From IMG/VR virus record IMGVR_UViG_3300035698_015907: 64,000 bases of DNA. One strand, given 5' to 3'. Below are positions 19,786 to 29,708 of the stretch, one piece after another. The position numbers were made by a program, and so were the translations under genes. How positions within the stretch are numbered: the stretch's first letter is position 1; each line of letters opens with the position of its first letter. A model generated the notes under the pieces. The model did no database searches and was not told the DNA's origin. It saw only the letters and a program-made list of their open reading frames with translations. Source of the DNA: a virus.

Positions 19786-20379
19786 TCATTCCTCATATGT
19801 TTCTAAACAATTTATCAACTGGGACAATCTAGGCTCTGCTACACCTGTGCCATAAATCCAAGTTCCTAACAAAGTAGAATTTCTTATACCATATGATCCC
19901 AATTCATATCCAAAATATGTAATATCACATCCTTCATCAGTTTTGTCAAATCTTATACCTTTATCATGAGGTACAATCTTTTTGAAAAATTCTGATGCAT
20001 CATCCATCATCTCATCTAATAATCTAGACAGATAATCTTCCTCAGCATTAGAATCTATTATTATAAGTTCATTTTTGATGAAATATTTAGTGTGCAATTC
20101 ATCAAATTGATTATCTCTGATGCAAGGTGTTACCGTTTGATACTTACCATCTGGTAGATAACCTTTTGCAAGCATATACAAAAACGATTGTTCACCACTT
20201 CCAACGAAAGTTTTCTTTTTACCTCTGTGTTCAACATGATAATTTGAAGCAAAATCGGGTTTAGTTATATTGTTAATATCTTCTGTAACAAGCCATGGCG
20301 CTTCAATTCTAGTATAACCACAACTTTCATAATGCGTTATTGATATATCAATAATGCCATAATCTATAGTTCTATTCAT
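19786..20379 (-). CDS. Stand-alone class II aminoacyl-tRNA synthetase-like catalytic core
   Basis: Motif 1-like GYTRIEAPW, GSGEQSF, motif 2 TPCIRD...F, motif 3 GTGVAEPR; no anticodon-binding domain. Confidence 0.65.
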   Translation of the reverse strand: MNRTIDYGIIDISITHYESCGYTRIEAPWLVTEDINNITKPDFASNYHVEHRGKKKTFVGSGEQSFLYMLAKGYLPDGKYQTVTPCIRDNQFDELHTKYFIKNELIIIDSNAEEDYLSRLLDEMMDDASEFFKKIVPHDKGIRFDKTDEGCDITYFGYELGSYGIRNSTLLGTWIYGTGVAEPRLSQLINCLETYEE

Positions 20380-21388
20380 GAAATAATTTCACCATTTTAT
20401 CTATTATCATGTAATGATCAAATGCTAAAGCATTTTTCATATTAGTTCGAACATAATCTAAATCTATCCAACCAACCCAAGCAGCATCATCTTTTGCTTT
20501 AATTTCTATGTCATAATTATCATCTAGTATGTGACCATAAGCTATGGATATAATAATAGCTCGTGGGTCACGGTCCTGGTCGCCTGAGACCACCACATGC
20601 TGACCTAAGCTTAAGCCGTGAGTGACCTCATGCAGCTTTATGTGGGTCTCCTCATAAAGCTCTCTTATAGCTCCCTCTAGTGGCGTCTCGCCAAGCTCAA
20701 AAAATCCACCAGGCAGAGCAAACCCTCCAATATAAGGATTCTTCTTTCTTTTTATGAGCAATATTTTGTTGTTTTGAATTATGACATTATCACATGTTAT
20801 GTGTGGTCTAATCCCGTGAGAAGTTATATAATAACTGCTGGAGTTATACATATCAACAACGTTTTTAATTTCGGGATTTTTAAAATTATCTAAAACAATG
20901 TCATGGTGTCTGTTAGACACCCATGCTAGATCAAGAATGCTACTATTTTTACGATCTACATTCAAATTTTTATAATAACATTCTCTTATAACAGTAGAAT
21001 TAACTGAATTAATTTTTTCAGCTAATACTACATTCCAATATGGTTGAAATGAATTAATATAAGAATATTCATCTAAATTTTTAACATGAACATAAAGAGA
21101 ATTATCTCCAGGTCCAATTAATTTCATAATATTTCTAGACCACAGTTCAGTATTACCTACATCATACATATGATGTACTAGAACTCTATTTTTATATTGC
21201 TCCGGTATAGCGCTATCAATGATTTGTAAGCGTTCTCTGAATGTGAACGGGTCTCTAGCAGTTCTCATCTGATTCGGAGAACACACTATTAAATGAAGAT
21301 AATCACAATCTGCTAAAGCTTTTTCAACAACTGACATGTGCCCAGAATGAAAAGGCTGAAATCTACCTATTACTACAGAGTTTTTCAT
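20372..21388 (-). CDS. nadM: Bifunctional NMN adenylyltransferase / Nudix hydrolase (NadM-Nudix)
   Basis: GRFQPFHSGH, NSTVIR, Nudix box GGFFELGETPLEGAIRELYEET, RDPR, AFDH. Confidence 0.92.
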   Translation of the reverse strand: MKNSVVIGRFQPFHSGHMSVVEKALADCDYLHLIVCSPNQMRTARDPFTFRERLQIIDSAIPEQYKNRVLVHHMYDVGNTELWSRNIMKLIGPGDNSLYVHVKNLDEYSYINSFQPYWNVVLAEKINSVNSTVIRECYYKNLNVDRKNSSILDLAWVSNRHHDIVLDNFKNPEIKNVVDMYNSSSYYITSHGIRPHITCDNVIIQNNKILLIKRKKNPYIGGFALPGGFFELGETPLEGAIRELYEETHIKLHEVTHGLSLGQHVVVSGDQDRDPRAIIISIAYGHILDDNYDIEIKAKDDAAWVGWIDLDYVRTNMKNALAFDHYMIIDKMVKLFHE

Positions 21389-22614
21389 TATAGAACTCTC
21401 AGAAGAATTGTATTTTCATTAATTCTACCATTAGGCTTATATCCACTCCCATTGAGAGTGTCCATATATTTCTTAAGTGCTACTTTACCAGATAACATAA
21501 TGCCATCTAATCTTTCTTTAGTTTGACGTCCAATCTTTTTTGATATGGATTTTTCTTCATCATAGTTAAGAATTGTAGTTCCCTTAACACTAAAACCTTG
21601 ATCATTTCTTGCTCTATAGAGAGTTAGTAATGTGTACTTTGAATTGTAAATCCAAAGTTCATTAGCACCAAGAATTTTGATTGGGCTTATGGATTCCATT
21701 TTAGTATCAGGATCTTCTTTCTGATACTTTAGACGAGAAATAAGTTTTTCTGCAGATACTGGTTTTTTTCTTCTAGCTTTTCTGACTTTGGGTTCATCAA
21801 TATCATTAGAAGACTTTTTAGTTTGCTTAGATTTCTTAGTATCGGAAAGAAACGCTCTGCAATCAAAAAGAATTTTTTCAGCTAAAGTTCTGCTCTTTTT
21901 AAGTTGACCAAAACTTTTTCTCTCAATCTCATCTAACTCAGATGTATCAGAGTTTAATAGTCTATCACAATCTTTAATAAATTCTTCTATCTCAACCATC
22001 ATGTCTTTTACATGTTCGGGCTGAACTTCATCATCTTTCAGAATTTTGATAATATCAATAGCATTATTCATCCTCTTTTTTGGAAGAGGATCAAAAGCAT
22101 TGAATGCTTCATTCAATATTTCAAGATAACGATCAAATTTTAATTCTTGCGGGGATCTTTTAAGTGAAGGTAGTCGAAATGGCTTTTTTGTTTTGAAAGA
22201 TTCTTCGACATCACGAAATTCTTGATCTACACTTTTTATCTTTGTGAGTTGACTTTCAAAAAGATTAATGTAATAATCTTCATCTTCGAAAGTCTCTTCT
22301 ATAAGAAGCATTCTAGCAATCCAGCATGCTGAACTGCCAAAGCCAAAAATACGAGACTCATGTATTCTTTTAATATTATCAACATCTTCAAATCTATTAA
22401 TAGATGTTAGATAATCAGTTAAAAAGTTTTTTGCTTTCTTGTAATCCACTACATTAAGTGTATACCAATTGAAAGCTGTTGAAACTTCTGTATGGGACAT
22501 TGGATGATCATATGTGATCTCAGTCCCATAAGCTTTTTTATTCAAAGCAGCGAGGGCAGATTTTCCCATCCGTCCTGCTGATACTTTGGCAGGTTTCTTA
22601 TCTATCCTAGCCAA
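21388..22614 (-). CDS. Conserved T4-like hypothetical protein
   Basis: IIGANELWIYN, VKGTTI, NGRINENTILL motifs. Confidence 0.7.
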   Translation of the reverse strand: MARIDKKPAKVSAGRMGKSALAALNKKAYGTEITYDHPMSHTEVSTAFNWYTLNVVDYKKAKNFLTDYLTSINRFEDVDNIKRIHESRIFGFGSSACWIARMLLIEETFEDEDYYINLFESQLTKIKSVDQEFRDVEESFKTKKPFRLPSLKRSPQELKFDRYLEILNEAFNAFDPLPKKRMNNAIDIIKILKDDEVQPEHVKDMMVEIEEFIKDCDRLLNSDTSELDEIERKSFGQLKKSRTLAEKILFDCRAFLSDTKKSKQTKKSSNDIDEPKVRKARRKKPVSAEKLISRLKYQKEDPDTKMESISPIKILGANELWIYNSKYTLLTLYRARNDQGFSVKGTTILNYDEEKSISKKIGRQTKERLDGIMLSGKVALKKYMDTLNGSGYKPNGRINENTILLRVL

Positions 22615-22647
22615 TTTTTATATCCCATATTATTAGAGTATATACTA

Positions 22648-23244
22648 TCACACTTTAATTTCAATGTCAACAGCGTCGATCTCTTTATTAGATCCTCTTT
22701 GAATGATTTTACCAGTCCAATTCGGTAGAAATTGAACCCAATCAGGATCATCAACAACAATCGGAAACTTAGACCTGATTTGCATCATTTCATAGAAAGA
22801 TGGTGTCCAAGGAGTTTGCCGTGGCTTCCATTTCGGTGACAATGAATCACCTTTTGCATTATTACAATCTTTACAAGAAGCAACAACGTTATCCCACGTG
22901 TGTTTACCGCCTGCTGCTCTTGGCATTAGATGATCATAAGTCATGTTAGATATACTTAATGGATCACCACAATATTGACAAAGACAATGATCTCTGTAAA
23001 ATAGTGATTCCTTTTTAAGTCTAACATCTTTTCTGAAAGAATGACTATTGAAGTTAGCAATAACAGACGGCCATTTCAATCCAAGGTCTTTCACTGTTTT
23101 AATACCATCTTCATACCAAAGTACAACAGTGCAGTTATCAGTAAGATAACGAGTTATCGCATCTTCAGCTGGTATTGTATATAGAGGAAACATTGATAAT
23201 GGCATAAAACTAGAATTTAATACTAGAGTACGTCTGTTTTTCAT
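22648..23244 (-). CDS. HNH endonuclease
   Basis: RD..CQYCG, TYDHLMPR..GG..TWDNVVASCKDCNNAKG. Confidence 0.9.
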   Translation of the reverse strand: MKNRRTLVLNSSFMPLSMFPLYTIPAEDAITRYLTDNCTVVLWYEDGIKTVKDLGLKWPSVIANFNSHSFRKDVRLKKESLFYRDHCLCQYCGDPLSISNMTYDHLMPRAAGGKHTWDNVVASCKDCNNAKGDSLSPKWKPRQTPWTPSFYEMMQIRSKFPIVVDDPDWVQFLPNWTGKIIQRGSNKEIDAVDIEIKV

Positions 23245-23324
23245 TTCATAATCTCATACAAAAATGAGGCTAAGCCCCTCGACTTAACCTCATATTTCAC
23301 CATATACTATGTTTTGTCAAGGCT

Positions 23325-23489
23325 TTACATAATATAATTCTTTTGTTCCATAGCAATAGCTTTAATATCGGCACGTGAAATGCCCAAATCTGAAAGCGAT
23401 CTATTATCTAAAGAAGATAGTTCTCTTACTGTATTCTGATACTGCATCCATCTTTTGAATGAATTCTTAATATTTTTCATGACACCCAT
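23325..23489 (-). CDS. DUF1127/YjiS-like small protein (54 aa, not in the ORF track)
   Basis: MGVMKNIKNSFKRWMQYQNTVRELSSLDNRSLSDLGISRADIKAIA; GGAG RBS. Confidence 0.85.
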   Translation of the reverse strand: MGVMKNIKNSFKRWMQYQNTVRELSSLDNRSLSDLGISRADIKAIAMEQKNYIM

Positions 23490-23587
23490 GATGTTCTCCT
23501 ACTTTTCTATAAGTTATTATACCTTATATTTAGCGCAAGAAACATGGATAATTGGGTATACCTACTATTCACTGAGGTTGACCCTCT

Positions 23588-24244
23588 TTACTTGTGCTTA
23601 TCTTTGTGGACGTACACAACATCAGCAACTGACATACAAACTCTATCATATCCAAGTGATTTCATATGTTCTTCACCTTTTCTATCATAGCTTTCTGCAG
23701 CAACTACTGGCTTAAATTTCTTTATTGTTTCATCAGCTCCAAGTATAGCTTTGTGTTCGTGACGTTCTATATCAAGCCATAATAAATCGCATGCATCTAA
23801 TTCAAGTTGATCTACTTTAAATGCTGGAATATTTTTAGTTGAACCAGCATCAATAGTATTCATACCAAGATTTCTACTATTATTAACACTAATTCCAACT
23901 AAACCATTTTCATCAGATAATGCTGCATTAAATTTGAATATGTTATCAAATGGAGTATTCAGAGCTAAACACAAAAAACTTAGAGGATATGGTTCAAAAG
24001 TATAAACTCTCTTAAATCTTCTTCCAAGCATTAAGGGATACAATCCCATGTTTCCGCCTGCTTGAACTACAACATCAAATTTTAAAACTCTACTAAATAT
24101 TTCTTTTCTGTGAGTTTCCCAATCTTTGTGCGGTCCATGCCAAGAACCTGATTCACCTTTAGGCCACCAAAGACCATTTACGCCTTCATCAGCTATAATT
24201 TTTTCATTGTCAAGATGAATTTGATTTTCGAAACTTTCAGACAT
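23588..24244 (-). CDS. FkbM family SAM-dependent methyltransferase
   Basis: VQAGGNMG, YTFEP, NAALSD, DLLWLDIE. Confidence 0.85.
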   Translation of the reverse strand: MSESFENQIHLDNEKIIADEGVNGLWWPKGESGSWHGPHKDWETHRKEIFSRVLKFDVVVQAGGNMGLYPLMLGRRFKRVYTFEPYPLSFLCLALNTPFDNIFKFNAALSDENGLVGISVNNSRNLGMNTIDAGSTKNIPAFKVDQLELDACDLLWLDIERHEHKAILGADETIKKFKPVVAAESYDRKGEEHMKSLGYDRVCMSVADVVYVHKDKHK

Positions 24245-24803
24245 TTCTATTGAACACTGCTAATATGGCTGCTTCACCCTGTGAATCTATATCTCTGGTT
24301 CCAATACCAGTCCACAAACCAGATGGCTCTGTTACATCTTCTAATGAAATTTTATTCCATTTTATTAATTCCCACTGGAACCACTGCTCTCTTCTAGAGT
24401 CATACAAATATATTTCATTTGAATCTGGATAGAGTATTTTAAAAACTTCAATAGCCCAAGCAGTTCCACCTATTACAAGGCCAGTATCTATATCAAGGCC
24501 AGCGACAGCGTAAACAGAATTAGTATTTTTAACTTGCCAATAATTTCTTCTAAGCAAATTATTGACATGATCTGATTTAGTGGGGAATTTTCTTTTTAGA
24601 ACTTTGTTAGCCATACACAATAAAGGATCAGCTAAATTAAGGTCTTGTTGAGATAAAACTTTTGAACCTTCATTATTAGAAGATCGGTGGGTTTCAAAAA
24701 CATAATTAATATATTCATGACCAGCTCTTTTAGCTGCTTCTATCCAAAGAGTATCAGCTCCAATCGCGCCGCCCGATTGACAGTAATTAATATTCGAACT
24801 CAA
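24237..24803 (-). CDS. SLOG/DprA-like Rossmann-fold protein
   Basis: SGGAIGAD, RRNYWQV, GGTAWA, TGIGTR. Confidence 0.7.
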   Translation of the reverse strand: MSSNINYCQSGGAIGADTLWIEAAKRAGHEYINYVFETHRSSNNEGSKVLSQQDLNLADPLLCMANKVLKRKFPTKSDHVNNLLRRNYWQVKNTNSVYAVAGLDIDTGLVIGGTAWAIEVFKILYPDSNEIYLYDSRREQWFQWELIKWNKISLEDVTEPSGLWTGIGTRDIDSQGEAAILAVFNRNV

Positions 24804-25004
24804 GGTAATTCAATTCCTGTGAAAATCTTAATCATGAAAATATTAAGAAGAATAAAAGAAAATACATAAACATAAAGATCATTATGTTCTGCGAATGCTA
24901 ATGCAAACATTGTTATGATGGTAGAAATAATACCAGCAACAACAAATATACCAGAATAAATCAACGCATCCATAAACAACATTATTTTCCAGCTTTACAT
25001 TTTG

Positions 25005-25451
25005 TTATGTATTAGCAGCAGGCTTCTTTACAACAGGCTTCTTAGCAACCTTCTTTACAACCGGAGTTTTAACTGAAGGCTTTTTAGCGGCTGGCTTCTT
25101 TACTGGTGTTTTCCCAACAGAAGCTTTTTTGACTCTTTTCTTTGGAGCTGGCTTAGGTGTTTCCACAACATTAGAAACAACTTCTGCTTCAGTAGATTTT
25201 TCTTTTACTACCACCACTTCAAGTGTCGCAGAGCCTGAAGAATTCAAAGATTCTTCATTGTCAGTCGCAGCATCTATAATAAAAGTTTGTGACTTGAATT
25301 CTAGTTCATCGCCAGGTACCATTAACGAATGCATTAATGCATTCGCAGTTTCTTTACTTTCGCGGTCTTTGCGTCCAAAATAATAAACAGCCCAGCAGAC
25401 TAATACAAATCCACCAACAAATAACAAGCTCCACATAAGTTCAATGTCCAT
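25005..25451 (-). CDS. Membrane-anchored protein with Lys/Pro/Ala-rich tail
   Basis: N-terminal TM helix; KKPAAKKP repeats. Confidence 0.6.
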   Translation of the reverse strand: MDIELMWSLLFVGGFVLVCWAVYYFGRKDRESKETANALMHSLMVPGDELEFKSQTFIIDAATDNEESLNSSGSATLEVVVVKEKSTEAEVVSNVVETPKPAPKKRVKKASVGKTPVKKPAAKKPSVKTPVVKKVAKKPVVKKPAANT

Positions 25452-26104
25452 TTAAATTCTCCTTAATTGCACTATTTGTTTCAATCCATTCTATAAGATT
25501 GTTTCCATACGAAGCATCTGAAATCGTGATAACATTAGGAAAATTTCTTTCAATCATTTCTGTAGCTTCATCAAAATTACGAACTATTACAGTTCCATTT
25601 TTATATGGGACTTCAGCAATACCAGTATCCGTAACGAAGAGTTCATAATCACTCTTTCTTATCATATTTATCACTCATATTTATAAATTCAACGTGTTAT
25701 TTTGAATACACAATCCACTCAGGCTTAATTTCACATGAGATAGAAAAGTGTGGAAAATGACCTTCAGTAGTTACTAAATAACCCGAATGAACAGAACCAT
25801 CTGTATCAGGTTTATTTTCAGGATAGATATTATCTTTATTGTTCTTAAACCAGTTCTGCACCATTTCTGCTATAGCTTCTGGACTTTCTCTATCAGACAA
25901 AAATTTATTATATGTAGTTGAATCAGAATTTGTCGCCCAATGGAGAAATAAACTTTTCCCTCCATCAGATACAGTCCAACCACAAAAATCACTGTTTATT
26001 AATCTAAGTAAAACTGCAAGTCGACTTACACTTTCACCAGTAGCTCTTAATGAAAAGAGGCCATTTATACCTCCTGAAATATCTTCAGACATCATATATC
26101 CTCT

Positions 26105-26650
26105 TCATACCGTTTCAACTTCTAACGAAACACCTTGAGCTTCTATCATAGTTTCAATCTCATCAAAAGAAACTGGTGTATATGCAATTCTTTCAACAGA
26201 TATATTCAAATATCTCTTATCAGGTAAAACTCTTTCATGAATATGGCCGTGAACATTAGCTTTAATTCTAATTTCATGCTCACCAAGATAAACAGGACGA
26301 TGTGTTAATAGTATCGGTCCCATCCTCCTAGATTCCATCACTTTTTCAAAATGCTGAAAATAGAATTCAAAGTCTTTACGTTCAGCATAATCATGATTTC
26401 CTAAAATCAGACGTTTGTGACCATTCATTCGATGTAAAAGAGGTGAAAGCTTTTTGATACCAAACCCTACATCACCAAGACAATACCATTTATCATAAGG
26501 ACGAACAACTTTGTTGTGGCACTCAATGATATGCTCATTCATTTCATCTGCATCAGCAAATTGGCCACGAAAAAGATTTCCATCATCATCTTTGAATGTG
26601 AGAATCTTTGCGTGATTTAAATGTAGGTCGCTTGAGAAAAATAATGTCAT
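26105..26650 (-). CDS. Calcineurin-like phosphoesterase
   Basis: SDLHLNH, LGD, GNHD, HGHIH. Confidence 0.9.
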   Translation of the reverse strand: MTLFFSSDLHLNHAKILTFKDDDGNLFRGQFADADEMNEHIIECHNKVVRPYDKWYCLGDVGFGIKKLSPLLHRMNGHKRLILGNHDYAERKDFEFYFQHFEKVMESRRMGPILLTHRPVYLGEHEIRIKANVHGHIHERVLPDKRYLNISVERIAYTPVSFDEIETMIEAQGVSLEVETV

Positions 26651-26689
26651 TTAAATATTGTACTACAAAAATAATGCTTTGTCAACAGA

Positions 26690-27250
26690 TTATTCAGTAT
26701 CATCTTCATTTGTATCTAATGCTTCTATGAATTCATCATCTGTAGGTAGTTCATGTAAAGTATATTCTTTCACAAACTTAACTGGTTCATATTCACCACC
26801 ATCATCAAAGATAGAAGAAGGAAATCTTTCACCTTCACCTACTAGAATTTTGTTGCACCCTTCATAAATTTCAAACATTTCTCTATCAAGATCTATAATA
26901 TAAGCCCATTCACAAAATAGACTATCACCTGCAAAATCAATGTCATTTTTAAGAACTATTTCATTAGAATTATTATTTTCATTAATGAACTTAATAATTT
27001 GTGCGCCGTGAATTCGGTGAGTGAAAGGAAATTTTTCAACATAACTTCCTGTAAATTCGCTCTCAGTGCCAAATCTGCATTGATCTAAGCTGTTCTTGAA
27101 ATTTTCAATACCATGATCTTCTTCCATGATATTTCTAAGTATTGTTAAAAGATCAAGACCTTGACCTCTAGGATAACCATACCACTGACCATACTGTGCA
27201 ACAACAGGTTCACCATTGCGATAAACCGCGATAAGATGTCTAGTACCCAT
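26690..27250 (-). CDS. Conserved phage hypothetical protein
   Basis: MGTRHL...QYGQW.GYP.GQG, SLFCEWAYIIDLD. Confidence 0.65.
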   Translation of the reverse strand: MGTRHLIAVYRNGEPVVAQYGQWYGYPRGQGLDLLTILRNIMEEDHGIENFKNSLDQCRFGTESEFTGSYVEKFPFTHRIHGAQIIKFINENNNSNEIVLKNDIDFAGDSLFCEWAYIIDLDREMFEIYEGCNKILVGEGERFPSSIFDDGGEYEPVKFVKEYTLHELPTDDEFIEALDTNEDDTE

Positions 27251-27842
27251 TTTAATTCACTCCTTCATTTCCAACTATAGGTCCACCTGGAAATACAGCT
27301 AGACCACCATTTTTATATCTAACTAATCGACCGCTTCCACAGCAAATCTTACATTCTTTTTCACCGAAGAAATCTAATCCCATTAGACCATAATCAGAAA
27401 CATGACCATATCCTGCACATTCATAGCATTCTACAAAATCATGATTTTCTTTGAATTTGTTTAACATAGATGACATGCCAAATTCTGGATGCATGCCATC
27501 AGACAATGTTGATATAACATCTAAATATCTATTCCATGAGGGGACTTGTTCATAATGATTATGTAATTTTTTAATTGCGATATATATTAAAGCAGGATTA
27601 CAAAATGGATTATCTACACTTTCAAGTATTTTCTTGTAAAGCTTTTCCACATCGCCATGCAATAACATAGCATCAATATAAGAATCTGTTACAGAAACAC
27701 TCATCAGAGCTTGCTTAAAACCTTTTTAACTTCTTTGATAGTTTCCTTAACACCATTTCTAAGTTCGGTGTATTGCTTAATTTTCTTCTCAAACATAACA
27801 TGTTTATCATTAAGAACAACAAGACGATCTTCTAATTCTTTT

Positions 27843-28427
27843 TTAGTTTCTATCATTTATCAATTTCTCTATTTTTTCTTTAACATAAGCAGGGTTAGCT
27901 TTGCCTCGAGCTTCTTTCATAACTTGGCCAACTAGCCAATTATTTACTTTGTCTGAACCATCTAATTTTTCAGAATTAGCTTCAATGATATTAATTATCG
28001 TTGTATCAATATCACTATTTTTCACTGGAACATATTTAGGATCGGATAAAATTTTGGAGAGCTCTTCACCAAACAAATATCGCCTAATTACATCTTTGAA
28101 ATGTCTCTTATCAAGAACTTCAAATTCAAACATCATTCTACATAGAACATTCATTAATTCTATGTTAACTAGATATTCTAAACCGACTTCACCAAATTCA
28201 TTAGATATTGCATTGCCATCATTATTAATAAGCTTTGCTATCTTTGAAGAATAGTCAAAGTTTTTAGTAAATGGTTCACTAAATTTAATTGCTTCTGGTA
28301 TCCAAGCATCTGTCAGTCTAACATAACCTGTAGTGAATTCTATATTTCCAAATTCATCAAGTCTGTTGCATGTACCATATTCTATATCATCTACAATTTT
28401 AACATTTTCATATGAATATTTAGACAC
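27843..28427 (-). CDS. Protein with GatB/YqeY-like C-terminal tRNA-binding domain
   Basis: NWLVGQVMKEARGKANPAYVKEKI matches the GatB tail. Confidence 0.7.
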   Translation of the reverse strand: MSKYSYENVKIVDDIEYGTCNRLDEFGNIEFTTGYVRLTDAWIPEAIKFSEPFTKNFDYSSKIAKLINNDGNAISNEFGEVGLEYLVNIELMNVLCRMMFEFEVLDKRHFKDVIRRYLFGEELSKILSDPKYVPVKNSDIDTTIINIIEANSEKLDGSDKVNNWLVGQVMKEARGKANPAYVKEKIEKLINDRN

Positions 28428-29646
28428 AAGTCTTCCCTATTCCATCAAGCAGTTCTTCACGATTTAATACAAATCTAGAATTTCCCCACTCGGTGCGAAG
28501 CTCTTTAAGCTTAATACCAACATCAGGACCAGGTGGAATTCCAAGTTCAATTAAATCTTTACCAGAGACTGGAAATTTTGGCTTTGGCATTGCCATATAT
28601 TCATCAAGAAATCTTGCAAGCTTATGATCACCAATATAAACAGAATAATGATATAGCTTTCCAGGATCAAGTTCACCTCGTGCTATTCTAGACATAACAT
28701 ATTCTGGGCCATCAACCCAGTAAATTGCATGTCCTTTAGCTCCATCTTCTACAATATGATTCTTAATTATGAATTTCATAATATCATAAGAATTATTGTC
28801 GAACTTAAGTCTCTTTCTCAAATTTATCAGATTATCTAACGAGTTGAGCATTGCTACTATGTAATACAACGGGCTCTTTGCTCGATCATTTATAGCAAGT
28901 TCTTCTATTTTAGCAATGCAGTCAGGTGATAGATACAAACTAGCATCTATAGAATACAGTATATTATGATATTCCATAATCTTTAGCACTGTTAATGCAG
29001 ATGTGCCAGAACAAATCTTAATAAGTTCAGACCAAATTCTTTCACCAGAGATTTCTGAAAGATTGCTACTTAATTTTGTGATTATTTCTAATGTTATAGG
29101 ATCAATGACTGGATTATTAAGCTTTGACGCGAAACGAAAATAACGAAGTATTCTAAGATAATCTTCTTTGATTCTAGAATCAGCATAACCTACAAATTTA
29201 ATGACTTCGTTATTTAGATCATTCAAGCCATCAAAATAATCGTATAATACACCTTCTTTATCCATATACATAGCATTGAATGTGAAATCTCTGCGTGATG
29301 CATCAACTTCCCAATCAGTAGTAAATTCTATTTCAGCATGACGGCCATCAGTAATAATATCTTTACGAAGAGATGTTATTTCAACGGCTTGCTTATTGAT
29401 AATAGCTGTAATTGTACCGTGCTTCAGACCGGTTGGAATTACATTATATCCTAATGCAGCTAAAGAACTGCATATATCAGTCGGCTTAACATCTGTAGCA
29501 ATATCAATATCATCAGGTTCAATGCCCTGAAGCATATCACGTACACAACCTCCAACAAGTCGTGCACTGCCACTTTTTATACTAGCAGCCTTATCAACCT
29601 TTCGTAGTATTGATAATGTGTTATGATCTATTTCAAAAGAATTCAT
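28420..29646 (-). CDS. cca: CCA-adding tRNA nucleotidyltransferase
   Basis: VGGCVRD, DIDIAT, DASRRDFTFNA, EDYLRILRYFRF, SGERIWSE. Confidence 0.95.
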   Translation of the reverse strand: MNSFEIDHNTLSILRKVDKAASIKSGSARLVGGCVRDMLQGIEPDDIDIATDVKPTDICSSLAALGYNVIPTGLKHGTITAIINKQAVEITSLRKDIITDGRHAEIEFTTDWEVDASRRDFTFNAMYMDKEGVLYDYFDGLNDLNNEVIKFVGYADSRIKEDYLRILRYFRFASKLNNPVIDPITLEIITKLSSNLSEISGERIWSELIKICSGTSALTVLKIMEYHNILYSIDASLYLSPDCIAKIEELAINDRAKSPLYYIVAMLNSLDNLINLRKRLKFDNNSYDIMKFIIKNHIVEDGAKGHAIYWVDGPEYVMSRIARGELDPGKLYHYSVYIGDHKLARFLDEYMAMPKPKFPVSGKDLIELGIPPGPDVGIKLKELRTEWGNSRFVLNREELLDGIGKTCV

Positions 29647-29708
29647 TTAATGTAACCACATTTTGTTCAGTTTTATATTTGTTATTTAAGCTCTCTGAAA
29701 AATAAACA

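Noticed and set aside
25020-25150. Repeat-like sequence
   Set aside because: Explained by the Lys/Pro/Ala-rich low-complexity protein tail.
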